Assembly: GCA_963996865.1 (NCBI GenBank)
Contig: CAXEHY010000047.1
Location: 1-47,959 of the forward strand
From: an uncultured Flavobacteriales bacterium
GTDB taxonomy: Bacteria > Bacteroidota > Bacteroidia > Flavobacteriales > SAT41
Direction of reading: 5' to 3'
DNA length: 47,959 nucleotides
Shown: in pieces, positions 17,680 through 28,416 of the stretch
Position numbering within the stretch: position 1 is the first letter of the stretch
How the letters are laid out: every line of letters begins with the position of its first letter
Notes under the pieces: model-generated
The model's input: the letters and a program-made list of their open reading frames with translations, nothing else
What the model was told of the DNA's origin: nothing
Databases searched by the model: none
Position numbers and translations under genes: made by a program

Positions 17680-19269
17680 ATGGGATCTATAAAACCATCA
17701 GAAGTTTCGGCAATATTAAGAGAACAATTGTCAGGATTTAAAACAAAGTCAGATTTAGAAGAAGTAGGAACAGTATTACAAGTGGGAGATGGAATAGCTA
17801 GAATATACGGCTTAAATAATGTGCAATTAGGAGAATTAATAGAATTCAATAACGGACTAAAAGGAGTTGTTTTAAATTTAGAAGAAGACAACGTGGGGGC
17901 TGTTTTATTGGGCAAATCAGAGGGAATAAAAGAAGGAGACGTTGTTAAGAGAACGCAACAAATAAGCTCAGTTATGGTGTCAGAGAAAATGTTAGGTAGA
18001 GTTATAGATGCTTTAGGGAATCCTATAGATGGGAAAGGGCCAATAGAGGGAGAAAAAATATTGATGCCCATAGAAAGAAAAGCCCCCGGAGTTATTTATA
18101 GACAGCCAGTTCAGGAGCCGTTACAAACCGGAATAAAAGCAGTAGATTCTATGATTCCTATAGGACGAGGTCAAAGAGAATTAATAATAGGAGACCGTCA
18201 AACAGGGAAAACAGCTATAGCTATTGACACAATAATTAATCAAAAACATTTTTATGAACAAGGTGAACCAGTTTTTTGTATATATGTCGCGATAGGACAA
18301 AAAGGTTCTACTGTTGCTAATATTGCAAAAACACTAGAAGATGCCGGGGCATTAGATTATACAATAATTGTATCTGCTTCCGCGGCAGATCCAGCTCCAA
18401 TGCAGTATTTATCAGCATATGCTGGAGCAGCTATAGGAGAATACTTTAGAGACACAGGAAGACCGGCTTTAATAGTTTATGATGATTTGTCAAAACAAGC
18501 TGTGGCTTATAGAGAGCTTTCTTTATTATTAAGAAGACCTCCTGGAAGAGAAGCTTACCCTGGAGATGTTTTTTATTTACATTCAAGATTATTAGAAAGA
18601 TCTGCAAAAATAATAGATTCAGATAAAATAGCATCTCAAATGAATGATTTACCTGAAGCTCTTAAAGGAAAAGTAAAAGGTGGAGGCTCTTTAACAGCTT
18701 TGCCTATTATAGAAACACAAGAAGGAGACGTTTCAGCCTACATACCTACAAATGTAATTTCAATTACCGATGGACAAATTTTTTTAGAAGCTAATTTATT
18801 TAACTCAGGGGTTAGACCGGCAATTAATGTTGGAATATCAGTTTCAAGAGTTGGGGGATCTGCGCAAATAAAATCAATGAAAAAAATATCAGGAACCTTA
18901 AAAATAGACCAAGCTCAATTTAGGGAACTAGAAGCTTTTGCGAAGTTTGGAGCAGATTTAGATCCCGTGACAACATCTATAATAGAAAAAGGTAAAAGAA
19001 ATGTTGAGTTATTAAAACAACCTCAATACAGTCCGCTGAAAGTTGAAGAGCAGGCCGCCATTATTTATTGTGGAACAAAAAACTTACTTTCAGAAGTGCC
19101 TGTATCTAAAATAAAAGATTTTGAAACAGCTTTTTTGCTACTAATGAATAATAAATATTTAGAAACTCTAAAAGCTTTGTCTAGAGGAGAGCTAAACGCC
19201 GACATAGAAGAAAAAATTAAAATTGCTGCATCAGATACAGTTGAACAATTTAAAAAGGATAATGGCTAA
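17680..19269 (+). CDS. atpA: F0F1 ATP synthase subunit alpha
   Basis: 529 aa with the Walker A motif [18 protein letters not shown] and [27 protein letters not shown]. Confidence 0.97.
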   Translation: MGSIKPSEVSAILREQLSGFKTKSDLEEVGTVLQVGDGIARIYGLNNVQLGELIEFNNGLKGVVLNLEEDNVGAVLLGKSEGIKEGDVVKRTQQISSVMVSEKMLGRVIDALGNPIDGKGPIEGEKILMPIERKAPGVIYRQPVQEPLQTGIKAVDSMIPIGRGQRELIIGDRQTGKTAIAIDTIINQKHFYEQGEPVFCIYVAIGQKGSTVANIAKTLEDAGALDYTIIVSASAADPAPMQYLSAYAGAAIGEYFRDTGRPALIVYDDLSKQAVAYRELSLLLRRPPGREAYPGDVFYLHSRLLERSAKIIDSDKIASQMNDLPEALKGKVKGGGSLTALPIIETQEGDVSAYIPTNVISITDGQIFLEANLFNSGVRPAINVGISVSRVGGSAQIKSMKKISGTLKIDQAQFRELEAFAKFGADLDPVTTSIIEKGKRNVELLKQPQYSPLKVEEQAAIIYCGTKNLLSEVPVSKIKDFETAFLLLMNNKYLETLKALSRGELNADIEEKIKIAASDTVEQFKKDNG

Positions 19270-20140
19270 TTTAAAAGAATTACGTTCACGTATTAAGTCT
19301 GTAAACTCCACCTTGCAAATAACATCTGCCATGAAAATGGTTTCGGCCGCTAAACTAAGACAAGCTCAAAACGCAATAACGGCATTTAGGCCTTATTCAA
19401 ATAAATTAAAAAATTTATTATCTAATTTATCGTCTGATTCTGATATTGCAAAAAATAATATTTTTTTTAACAGAGAAAAAGAGCAAAACGTTCTAATTAT
19501 TATGGTAACAGGGAATAAAGGACTTTGTGGAGCTTTTAATTCTAACATAATAAAAAAAATTAATGAACAGATTGATTTATTAAAAAACAAAAACATACAA
19601 TTTATAACCGTGGGGAAAAAAGGACATAACTATATAATGAAAAACAAGTTTAATTTAATGTCAGAAAAAAATAATTTAGTAGACAAGGTTAATTATAATA
19701 AAAATGCTGTTTTAAGTGATGAAATAATAGAGAACTATGTTTTAAAAAAACACGATAAAGTTATAATTTGTTACAACAAATTTAAAAATGCCGCAAACCA
19801 AACTATAGAGATAGAGCAAATATTGCCTATAAAAAAAGAAAATATAAATTCAGAAACCGTGAAAGATAAAAAAACTTTAGATTATATTTTTGAACCAAAT
19901 AAAGAAAAGATTTTAAATAGTCTTATACCACAAACAATTAAATCTCAATTACATAAAGCAATTTTAGACTCAATAGCGGCAGAACATGGAGCTAGAATGA
20001 CAGCAATGCACAAGGCAACAGACAACGCTACTGAACTAAATAAAGAACTTAAATTATCTTATAACAAAGCTAGACAAGCGTCTATTACTGGAGAGATTTT
20101 AGAAATTGTTGGAGGAGCGGAAGCTTTAAAAAATAATTAA
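19262..20140 (+). CDS. atpG: F0F1 ATP synthase subunit gamma
   Basis: [33 protein letters not shown] is the canonical gamma N-terminus. The C-terminus is [15 protein letters not shown]. The track ORF starts earlier (19223). ATG 19262 overlaps atpA by 8 nt. Confidence 0.9.
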   Translation: MANLKELRSRIKSVNSTLQITSAMKMVSAAKLRQAQNAITAFRPYSNKLKNLLSNLSSDSDIAKNNIFFNREKEQNVLIIMVTGNKGLCGAFNSNIIKKINEQIDLLKNKNIQFITVGKKGHNYIMKNKFNLMSEKNNLVDKVNYNKNAVLSDEIIENYVLKKHDKVIICYNKFKNAANQTIEIEQILPIKKENINSETVKDKKTLDYIFEPNKEKILNSLIPQTIKSQLHKAILDSIAAEHGARMTAMHKATDNATELNKELKLSYNKARQASITGEILEIVGGAEALKNN

Positions 20141-20147
20141 AATTTAA

Positions 20148-20912
20148 ATGCAAAATATTGAAATCAAACATATAGAACAAATTTCTATTTTAAAAATAAA
20201 TAGAGAAAAACAATTAAACAGCCTAAATAAAGGAGTTATAGATGATCTAGTTTCCGCTTTATCTACTATAAAAAAAAACAAAAACATAAAATGTGTTATT
20301 ATTACAGGTTCAGGAGAAAAAGCTTTTGTTGCGGGAGCAGATATAAAAGAGTTTTATAAATATAATAAAGAAGACGGAGCGGCAATGGCTAGAGAAAATC
20401 AAAAAAGACTTTTTGATTTAATAGAAAATTTTACAAAACCAGTTATAGCTATGATTAACGGATATGCTTTAGGGGGGGGATTAGAGCTAGCTTTATCTTG
20501 CCATATTAGAACGGGGTCCTCTAACTCTATTTACGGGTTTCCAGAAGTAAAATTAGGATTAATTCCAGGTTATGGGGGAACACAAAGGATTTCAAATATT
20601 ATAGGAAGAGGAAAAGCTTATGAAATGATTTTCTCAGCTCAAATGATTAACAGCGAAGAAGCTCATAGAATAAAATTAATAAACGAATTATATACTCAAG
20701 AAGAATTACATGAAAAAACAATAGAATTAGCAAAAACTATATCACAAAATTCTCCCGAAGCTATAAAAAGAGCAATAAAAGCTATTAATTCTAGTTATGA
20801 GATGAAAGGATTTGAAACAGAAATAAAAGAATTTGGTGAATGTTTTCAAACAGAAGATTTTATAGAAGGAGTTTCAGCTTTTTTAGAAAAAAGAAAACCA
20901 AAATTCAAGTAA
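20148..20912 (+). CDS. Enoyl-CoA hydratase/isomerase (crotonase) family protein
   Basis: 254 aa with GSGEKAFVAGADIKEF and INGYALGGGLELALSCH. Confidence 0.85.
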   Translation: MQNIEIKHIEQISILKINREKQLNSLNKGVIDDLVSALSTIKKNKNIKCVIITGSGEKAFVAGADIKEFYKYNKEDGAAMARENQKRLFDLIENFTKPVIAMINGYALGGGLELALSCHIRTGSSNSIYGFPEVKLGLIPGYGGTQRISNIIGRGKAYEMIFSAQMINSEEAHRIKLINELYTQEELHEKTIELAKTISQNSPEAIKRAIKAINSSYEMKGFETEIKEFGECFQTEDFIEGVSAFLEKRKPKFK

Positions 20913-20924
20913 TTTAAAAATATT

Positions 20925-22349
20925 TTGTCAAATTTTGTTATAAAAAAACTAGCCAATCAAACGGCAATATATGGGATTCCAAGTGTAATAGGGAGGTTTT
21001 TAAATTATTTATTAGTGCCCATATATTCTAGGATTTTTATTCCTAAAGAATACGGGATAGTAACAGAGATTTATGCTTACGCGGCTTTTTTTGCTGTTAT
21101 TTTACTTTTTGGAATGGAAACTTCTTTTTTTCGTTTTTATAAAGACGAAAGAACAAGAAAAGACTCTACAGGAACAATATTTTGCTTAATATTATTATTG
21201 TCTTTATTTTTTGCAATTATTGTTTTTATTTTTTCTAATAATATATCAATATGGCTAGGCTATCCAGAGCAACTTTTATCGAAAACAATAGTTTATGTAA
21301 AGGTTTTCGCGTGTATTTTATCACTAGATACAATTAATAGTATTTTGTTTGCAAAATTAAGAATAGAAGAAAAAGCTGTAAAATTTGCCCTTATAAAAGT
21401 AATTAGTATAATTTTTAATATATTTTTCAATATATATTTTTTGTTAGTATTAAATAAAATAGAGATAGTATATATTTTTTACTCTAACCTTATAGCAACT
21501 TTTTTAACTTTTATATTTCTGTTGCCAGAGGTTTTCAAAATAAAGATCACAATAAATTTAAAACTATTAAAAAAAATTTTATTCTACGGACTCCCCTTAT
21601 TAATAGCCGGATTTGCTGGTATTATAAATGAAGCGGCAGATAGAATTTTATTAAAAAATTTTTTATCGGGAGATGTTGACGTAATGCATGAAATAGGAAT
21701 TTATGGCGCATGTTATAAGCTTTCGATCGCGATAATAATATTTTTACAAGCATATAAATTAGCTGTTGAGCCCATGATTTTTGACAAAAAAAACATGAGT
21801 AAAATTATTTATGCCAAGATGTTAAATTATTTTATTATTATAGGGACAACAATTCTTTTAATAATACTGTTATATATAGATTATTTTAAGTTTTTTATAG
21901 GAGATAAATTTCATGAAGGATTACACGTAGTCCCAATATTATTATTTGCCAACCTGTTTTTAGGTATATATTATAATTTAAGTATTTGGTATAAAATTTC
22001 AGACAAAACAAACTACGGGGCAGTATTTTCAGTTTTGGGAGCTCTAATTACAATAGCTCTCAATGTTTTGTTTATTCCTTTATATGGATATACAGCAAGC
22101 GCATGGGCTACTTTAATTTGTTTTATAACAATGGCGGGAGCATCTTATTTTATAGGCCAAAAGCAATATAAAATACCATATAATATTTATAAAATAATGT
22201 TCTATTTAATATTTTCTTTTTTGTTATATAAGATTAGCTCTATTAACATAGAGGTTGTTTCTAAAGAAATAATAAATTTATTTTTATTAATTACCTATAT
22301 GCTAACTATATTTATAGTTGAAAAAAAATCTTTTAATTATGAAAATTAA
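20925..22349 (+). CDS. Oligosaccharide/polysaccharide flippase (MOP/Wzx-like) family membrane protein
   Basis: 474 aa with 12 or more TM segments. The N-terminus KKLANQTAIYGIPSVIGRFLNYLLVPIYSRIF is typical of the Bacteroidota family found upstream of dut. It starts with TTG. Confidence 0.75.
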   Translation: MSNFVIKKLANQTAIYGIPSVIGRFLNYLLVPIYSRIFIPKEYGIVTEIYAYAAFFAVILLFGMETSFFRFYKDERTRKDSTGTIFCLILLLSLFFAIIVFIFSNNISIWLGYPEQLLSKTIVYVKVFACILSLDTINSILFAKLRIEEKAVKFALIKVISIIFNIFFNIYFLLVLNKIEIVYIFYSNLIATFLTFIFLLPEVFKIKITINLKLLKKILFYGLPLLIAGFAGIINEAADRILLKNFLSGDVDVMHEIGIYGACYKLSIAIIIFLQAYKLAVEPMIFDKKNMSKIIYAKMLNYFIIIGTTILLIILLYIDYFKFFIGDKFHEGLHVVPILLFANLFLGIYYNLSIWYKISDKTNYGAVFSVLGALITIALNVLFIPLYGYTASAWATLICFITMAGASYFIGQKQYKIPYNIYKIMFYLIFSFLLYKISSINIEVVSKEIINLFLLITYMLTIFIVEKKSFNYEN

Positions 22350-22770
22350 GATAATAAATAAATCTAAAAACAAATTACCCGCTTACGCTACCAGCAATTC
22401 TGCGGGGATGGATCTTAGAGCTTTTTTAGAGAAAGAAGAAATTATTTTATGAAAAGAAACAAAAATTATTAATACAGGAATATTTGTAGAAATACCAGTC
22501 GGCTATGAAGCTCAAATTAGACCTAGAAGTGGGCTAGCTTTTAAAAACCAAATAACAGTTTTAAATTCACCGGGAACTATAGATTCTGATTACAGAGGGG
22601 AAATAAAGGTAATATTAATAAATTTGTCAAAAAAAGATTTTGTTGTTAGAAGCGGAGACAGAATAGCCCAAATGGTTATAAGCAAATATGAAAAAATTAT
22701 TTGGAGAAAAGTGGAAACATTAAACAAAAGCGATAGAACCGGAGGGTTTGGAAGCACAGGTATAAAATAA
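22339..22770 (+). pseudogene. dut: dUTP diphosphatase interrupted by one in-frame TGA (codon 38, nt 22450-22452); otherwise full length
   Basis: Translation: [142 protein letters not shown]. All dUTPase motifs are present ([29 protein letters not shown]). The same frame holds before and after the TGA. No ATG/GTG/TTG restart occurs until far downstream. Confidence 0.85.
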
Positions 22771-22775
22771 TAGAT

Positions 22776-23759
22776 ATGAAATTAATTATTCCTATGGCAG
22801 GAAGAGGCACTCGTTTGAGGCCTCATACACTAATAACACCTAAACCTCTATTAAAGGTTTGTGGGAAATATATTTTAGAGGTAATAATCAAAACTTTAGT
22901 GAAGGCGGCAAAAAATAAAATAACAGAAGTTATTTTTATTGTTTCAGAAATAGACTTAACAAGTAAACAAAAAATAATAAATATTGTAAATAAACAAAAA
23001 CTAAAATATAGTTTTTCTACACAAGATAAACCCTTAGGGACAGCTCACGCCATAGGATGCGCGGACAACCACTTAACAGGAGAAATCATGATTGTGTTTG
23101 CTGATACTTTGTTTTTTGGAAACATAGAAATAAAAGAACAGGTTGATTCTATTATATGGACACATAAAGTACAAGATCCTTCAAATTACGGCGTAGTATT
23201 AACAGATGAAAATTCTTTCATTGTTGATTTCAAAGAAAAACCTAAAGTTAAATTGTCAGATCAGGCAATAATAGGACTTTATTATTTTAAAAATGGCCAG
23301 CAACTGTCTCTCGACATAAAACATATAATAAAAAATAATATAAAAGACAAAAAAGAATATCAACTAACCACGATTTTAAGTAACATGTTATTGAGAGGGG
23401 ATAAAATGATAAACAAAGAGGTTTCAGAATGGCTGGACTGCGGAACAGTTAGATCTTTACTTAAGGCGAATAAAAATTTGTTAAATAAAATTCCAAAATC
23501 TAATAAAAATAATAAAATAATACATCCTTGTTTTATAGGAGAAAAAGTTAAAATAATTAATTCAACTATAGGCCCAAATGTTTCAATAGACGAAAACACT
23601 ATAATACAAGATTCCAGAATAGAAAATTCTATAATAGGAAACAACACAATTATTAAAAATTCAGAAATAGTATCTTCTGTGATAGGGAACAATGTACATG
23701 TGGAGAATATTAATAATAAATCACATTTAAATTTGGGGGATTATTCTCAAATAAAATAA
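22776..23759 (+). CDS. Sugar-phosphate nucleotidyltransferase with C-terminal left-handed beta-helix
   Basis: 327 aa with N-terminal IIPMAGRGTRLRPHTLITPKPLL. The C-terminus has hexapeptide repeats, IGPNVSIDENTIIQDSRIENSIIGNNTIIKNSEIVSSVIGNNVHV. Confidence 0.8.
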   Translation: MKLIIPMAGRGTRLRPHTLITPKPLLKVCGKYILEVIIKTLVKAAKNKITEVIFIVSEIDLTSKQKIINIVNKQKLKYSFSTQDKPLGTAHAIGCADNHLTGEIMIVFADTLFFGNIEIKEQVDSIIWTHKVQDPSNYGVVLTDENSFIVDFKEKPKVKLSDQAIIGLYYFKNGQQLSLDIKHIIKNNIKDKKEYQLTTILSNMLLRGDKMINKEVSEWLDCGTVRSLLKANKNLLNKIPKSNKNNKIIHPCFIGEKVKIINSTIGPNVSIDENTIIQDSRIENSIIGNNTIIKNSEIVSSVIGNNVHVENINNKSHLNLGDYSQIK

Positions 23760-23766
23760 TCAAAAA

Positions 23767-25494
23767 ATGAAATTATTTTGTTTTTATATTTTATTGACAA
23801 TTTATTTAAATCCTGTTCAGGCTCAGTCTTTTAACAAGCAAAAAGATAAGAAAATAATGTATAATTATGTTTTTTTTGAAGGACTGAAATATAAATCTTT
23901 ATATAATTATAAAAAAGCTAAAGAAAATTATTTCGAGTGTATTTCTATTGATAAAAACGAAGCAGCGGCTTATTACGAGTTAGCTCTTATATTTATATAT
24001 GAAAATGAAATAGATCAAGCTCTGTTTTATATAGAGAAGGCCGTTAAAATAGATCAAAATAATGAATGGTACCTGTCTTTAAAAGCTGACGCTCTTCAAA
24101 ATACAGGTAGATATTCAAAAGCGGTATATATATATCAAAAATTAATTAAAGAAAAACCCAAAAACATTGTTTATTACGAAAAACTATACGCATGTTATAT
24201 TTTAGAAAACCAAATATTAAAAGCAATAAATATATTAAAAGATATTGAGTTGATTTTCGGAGAGAACAAAGAAACTGTTTTTAAAAAAATAGATTTATAT
24301 ATAGAGCTCGGAAAATTAAATTTTGCGGAGCAAGAAATAGATAAATTTTTATTAAACAACCATAATGATCTATCAGGAATAAATAAAAAAATAAATATTT
24401 TATTAATAAAAGGAAAAACAAAAGAAGCTGAAAAACAATTAATTGAAGTTTTAAAAATAGATGATAAAAACGAACAATCTTTAATCCTTTTAGCTGAAAT
24501 ATATTATAACAATGATAAAGAAAAATTTTTACATGTTTTTAAAAAAATAATAGAGGCCCCTAAAATTACAGCTCAAATAAAATTTAAATATATATTAGAC
24601 TACCTGTATAAAGATGATTTTTTTATGCAACAAGACGAGTTCTTACAAAACATAATAAATGATTTAATATTACAATATACAGATAATGATTTAGTTTATA
24701 TTATTGCGGCAGATATAGTTAAAAAAAATGCAATAACAAGAAACACAAAAGATTCTTCTTTGCAATTTTACATTAAAGCTTTAGAAATAGACCCCAGTAA
24801 AGAAATGGTGTGGATGGAGGTCGTTATACAATATTATGAATTAGGAGATTTTGTTAACATGGAGTTTTGGGCCATTAAGGCTAAAGAAGAGTTTCCTTTT
24901 AGTCCAGAGTTTTTTTTATATTCTTCTGTTGCTCAATATAATTTAAAAAAACATAATCAAGCTGTCAAAAATTTATTTTTAGGAATAGATTTAATTATAG
25001 ATAACGATTTATTATTAGCGAGATTTTATTCTGTTTTAGGAGATATTTATCATGATTTAAATGATCATGTAAATTCAGATAATTATTATGAAAAGTCTAT
25101 AGAGAGAGATTCTACAAACGTGTATGTTTTAAACAATTATAGTTATTACTTGTCTTTAAGAGAAAAAAACTTAAAAAGAGCTTTATATTTAATAAAACAA
25201 GCGGTAAAAAGTGTTCCCGATAACCCCTCTTTTTTAGATACATATGCCTGGATATTGTATAAGTTAGATAACAAAGAAGAGGCTTTAGAAATAATAAAAA
25301 AAGCGTTAATTTACGAGGATAATAATATTACAATTTTAGATCATTACAGAGACATACTATGTGACTTAGGGGAGTTGTCAGAAGCAGAAATAATTAGAGA
25401 AAAAATATTAAACATTTTACAGAAGAATAAAAAATCAAATAATAACAAAACACAAGATTTAAATTTCAAAATATCTAATAAAAAATGCAATTAG
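23767..25494 (+). CDS. Secreted tetratricopeptide-repeat protein
   Basis: 575 aa with a signal peptide and multiple TPR-like A..Y/ALE.DP.N units. Confidence 0.75.
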   Translation: MKLFCFYILLTIYLNPVQAQSFNKQKDKKIMYNYVFFEGLKYKSLYNYKKAKENYFECISIDKNEAAAYYELALIFIYENEIDQALFYIEKAVKIDQNNEWYLSLKADALQNTGRYSKAVYIYQKLIKEKPKNIVYYEKLYACYILENQILKAINILKDIELIFGENKETVFKKIDLYIELGKLNFAEQEIDKFLLNNHNDLSGINKKINILLIKGKTKEAEKQLIEVLKIDDKNEQSLILLAEIYYNNDKEKFLHVFKKIIEAPKITAQIKFKYILDYLYKDDFFMQQDEFLQNIINDLILQYTDNDLVYIIAADIVKKNAITRNTKDSSLQFYIKALEIDPSKEMVWMEVVIQYYELGDFVNMEFWAIKAKEEFPFSPEFFLYSSVAQYNLKKHNQAVKNLFLGIDLIIDNDLLLARFYSVLGDIYHDLNDHVNSDNYYEKSIERDSTNVYVLNNYSYYLSLREKNLKRALYLIKQAVKSVPDNPSFLDTYAWILYKLDNKEEALEIIKKALIYEDNNITILDHYRDILCDLGELSEAEIIREKILNILQKNKKSNNNKTQDLNFKISNKKCN

Positions 25495-25495
25495 T

Positions 25496-26728
25496 ATGAG
25501 GCAGTTGAAAATTTTATCTGTATTACTACTTTTGCCTTTATTTTTTTTCACACAAACAACAGAAAAGCTAGAAAAAAAGAAACTAAAAGTAGAAGAAAAA
25601 ATAGAAGAATTAAACAAGATATCTAAAGATCTTGATAAAAAGCAAAAACACAATACAACAAGTTTAAATGTTTTACGAAAAAAAATATTTTTAAGAGACA
25701 AATCAATTACCCAGACAAGTATAGAGATGAATATAACAAATCAAGAAATACACAAAAATGATTTAAAAATAGAGGAAATAAATATTTTGATTACAGAGAA
25801 TGAATTTAAAATAAAAAAACTAAAAGAAAATTACACACACATAATACTACAGCTTAACATAATTAATAAATCTAATAACATGTTAAATTATATTTTTGCT
25901 TCTAGTAGTTTTTCAGAAGCTATTTACAGAACACAATACATTAAGCAAATAAAAGAATCTCATGAAAAAAAATATATTGAAATACAAAACTTAAACAAAG
26001 CAATTAAAGAAAATAGAAGTGAACTATTGAATGTTACAATAGTTTTACAAGATTTGAAAATCTCAAAAAAAGATTTATTAAAAGAAATGGAAGTCAAAAA
26101 CAAAAAACAAAAACAAGATTCCAGGTTACTTGTAGATAAAATTTCTTTACTAAAAGATGAAAAAGAAATAATTTCACAAGAAATAGAAGATCAAAGGAAG
26201 TATTCGAAAAACTTAGAAGATCAAATAAATAAATTAATAGCATTAGAGATTGAAAAAAGGGAAAAAGGAACCTCTACTTTCTTTGCAAATACTCCAGATT
26301 ATAAGGAATATTCAGAAATGTTTTTACAGAATAAAGGAAAGCTTCCTTGGCCAGTTGTTCAGGGGGCAATTGTAGAAGAATTTGGAAAACAAAAACATCC
26401 GGTTTTTAATGATATAGAAATCAATAACAACGGAGTTGCTATAGCTACAAATCCAAATTCAGTTGTTAGATCTGTTTTTAAAGGATATATAGCAAGTATT
26501 ATTTTTATACCAGGACAAGGCAGCTCTGTAATAATATCACATGGAGATTATTATAGTGTTTATTCTAATATATCTAAAGTTTTTGTTAGGCAAGATCAGA
26601 AAATATCAACTAAACAAGAAATAGGAATAGTTAAACAAGATGTTTCAGGAGTATATAAACTTGGATTTCAAATTTGGCAAAAGCAATTAAAATTAAACCC
26701 ATCCGAATGGATATATAAAGGGTATTAA
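25496..26728 (+). CDS. Coiled-coil M23 peptidase family protein (EnvC-like murein hydrolase activator)
   Basis: 410 aa with a signal peptide, about 250 aa of K/E/L-rich coiled coil, and a C-terminal LytM-type domain (ISHGDYYSVYSNIS..). Confidence 0.8.
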   Translation: MRQLKILSVLLLLPLFFFTQTTEKLEKKKLKVEEKIEELNKISKDLDKKQKHNTTSLNVLRKKIFLRDKSITQTSIEMNITNQEIHKNDLKIEEINILITENEFKIKKLKENYTHIILQLNIINKSNNMLNYIFASSSFSEAIYRTQYIKQIKESHEKKYIEIQNLNKAIKENRSELLNVTIVLQDLKISKKDLLKEMEVKNKKQKQDSRLLVDKISLLKDEKEIISQEIEDQRKYSKNLEDQINKLIALEIEKREKGTSTFFANTPDYKEYSEMFLQNKGKLPWPVVQGAIVEEFGKQKHPVFNDIEINNNGVAIATNPNSVVRSVFKGYIASIIFIPGQGSSVIISHGDYYSVYSNISKVFVRQDQKISTKQEIGIVKQDVSGVYKLGFQIWQKQLKLNPSEWIYKGY

Positions 26729-26767
26729 AATATTTATTATTATTGTATAATAAATAAAAATTAAATT

Positions 26768-26974
26768 ATGGAGTCAATATTATTTATACAGAACATAGGA
26801 GTCGGAGGCTTGGTAATGATTGTCATTATAGTGTTATTACTTTTTGGAGGAAAAAAGATCCCGGAATTAATGAGAGGACTTGGAGGTGGACTTAAAGAAT
26901 TCAAGAAAGCAACTAAAGACGACGACACAGAAGGAAAAGATAATGCAGAAAAGAAATCGGACAATAAAAATTAA
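26768..26974 (+). CDS. tatA: Twin-arginine translocase TatA/TatE family subunit
   Basis: 68 aa. [26 protein letters not shown] is the TatA hinge/amphipathic helix signature. Confidence 0.85.
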   Translation: MESILFIQNIGVGGLVMIVIIVLLLFGGKKIPELMRGLGGGLKEFKKATKDDDTEGKDNAEKKSDNKN

Positions 26975-26979
26975 AAGAT

Positions 26980-28416
26980 TTGAATAATTTTCAAAACACT
27001 TTTGAATATATTCAAAAACAAATAGACAAAAAAACTCTAAATCTAGTTGACCTTTGTGAAGTTTATTTGTCAAGAATTAAAAAAAATTCCGATTTAAATA
27101 TTTTTGTTGAAGTTTTTGAAAAAGAAGCTCTTAGTAAAGCGAAAGAAATACAAAATAAAATAATAGCAAAAAAAGCAGGAAGCTTGGCCGGCTTGTTCGT
27201 TGGGTTAAAGGACAACATATCTTATAAAGATCATTTAGTGTCAGCGTCTTCCAAAATTTTACAAGGATATGTTAGTCCTTATAATTCTAAAGTAGTTAAG
27301 AGCCTGTTAGATAAAGACGCTATAATTATAGGTCGTTTAAATTGTGATGAGTTTGCAATGGGAAGTTCAAATGAAAATTCATATTATGGGCCTGTTAAAA
27401 ACCCTATTAACACAAACAAAGTGCCGGGAGGCTCGTCCGGAGGAGCAGCGGCAGCAGTCGCCAAAGGGCTTTGTACTGTTTCATTAGGATCAGACACGGG
27501 GGGCTCTATAAGACAGCCGGCTTCTTTTTGTGGAGTAATTGGATTTAAGCCAACATATGGGAAAGTTTCTAGACATGGACTTATATCATATGCTTCTTCT
27601 TTTGATCAAATAGGACCTATATCTAATACTGTTTATGATACAGCTATAATAATGAATTATATATCAGGAAAAGACACAAAAGATTCAACCACTTCGAATA
27701 AAATAAACAAAGATCATATTTTAGGTTTTAAAAAAAAGAATAAAAAATATAAAATATTATTTTCAAATGATTTTTTAGCATATGATGGCATAGATTTAGA
27801 AATAAAAGAAAAGTTTTTAGAATTTATAAGTAATTTAAAAAATAATGGACACTCAATAAAAGAGATCAATTTCAAGCACTTAAACTATGTTCTCCCTATT
27901 TATTATATATTAACAACAGCGGAAGCTTCATCTAACTTGTCTAGATATGATGGGGTTAAATATGGCCACAGGTTTTCACAATCTAAAGACATAGAAGATG
28001 TTTTTATAAAATCTAGATCATTTGGATTTGGGGAGGAGGTAAAAAGAAGAATAATGTTAGGAACATTTGTTTTAAGTCAAGAATATTATGAAGCATATTA
28101 TACTAAAGCTCAAAAAGCAAGACGAATGATTTTAAATGACTATAATAATATTTTAAAAGATGCAGATTTTTTATTAACTCCAACAACTCCAAACACGGCC
28201 TTTAACTTAAAAGAATTACAAGATCCAATAAAAATGTACTCTCAGGATATATTTACAGTTACAGCCAATTTAGTAGGAGCTCCAGCTCTATCTATGCCTG
28301 TTTTCAAGCATTCAAATAACATGCCTTTTGGATTACAAATAATGGCAAAAAGTTTTGATGACCATAAAGTATTAGATTTTTCTTATTATTTAGAAAAAAA
28401 ATATAAATCACAATGA
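26980..28416 (+). CDS. gatA: Asp-tRNA(Asn)/Glu-tRNA(Gln) amidotransferase subunit A
   Basis: 478 aa with the amidase signature GGSSGGAAAAVA...GSDTGGSIRQPASFCG. It starts with TTG and stops with TGA. Confidence 0.95.
   Translation: MNNFQNTFEYIQKQIDKKTLNLVDLCEVYLSRIKKNSDLNIFVEVFEKEALSKAKEIQNKIIAKKAGSLAGLFVGLKDNISYKDHLVSASSKILQGYVSPYNSKVVKSLLDKDAIIIGRLNCDEFAMGSSNENSYYGPVKNPINTNKVPGGSSGGAAAAVAKGLCTVSLGSDTGGSIRQPASFCGVIGFKPTYGKVSRHGLISYASSFDQIGPISNTVYDTAIIMNYISGKDTKDSTTSNKINKDHILGFKKKNKKYKILFSNDFLAYDGIDLEIKEKFLEFISNLKNNGHSIKEINFKHLNYVLPIYYILTTAEASSNLSRYDGVKYGHRFSQSKDIEDVFIKSRSFGFGEEVKRRIMLGTFVLSQEYYEAYYTKAQKARRMILNDYNNILKDADFLLTPTTPNTAFNLKELQDPIKMYSQDIFTVTANLVGAPALSMPVFKHSNNMPFGLQIMAKSFDDHKVLDFSYYLEKKYKSQ

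Noticed and set aside
15267-20140. The atp operon stops at atpG, with no atpD or atpC (beta/epsilon) downstream
   Set aside because: A split atpBEFHAG / atpDC organisation is the normal arrangement in Bacteroidota as far as I know, so this is not an anomaly. atpD and atpC are expected elsewhere in the genome.
22450-22452. TGA reassigned as a sense codon (genetic code 4 or 25) or encoding selenocysteine in dut
   Set aside because: TGA terminates at least three solid genes in the window (gatA at 28414-28416, the transglycosylase at 29817-29819, folB at 43061-43063). No other conserved gene has an in-frame TGA. The position is not a redox Cys site, and I see no SECIS-like hairpin in the AT-rich sequence just downstream.
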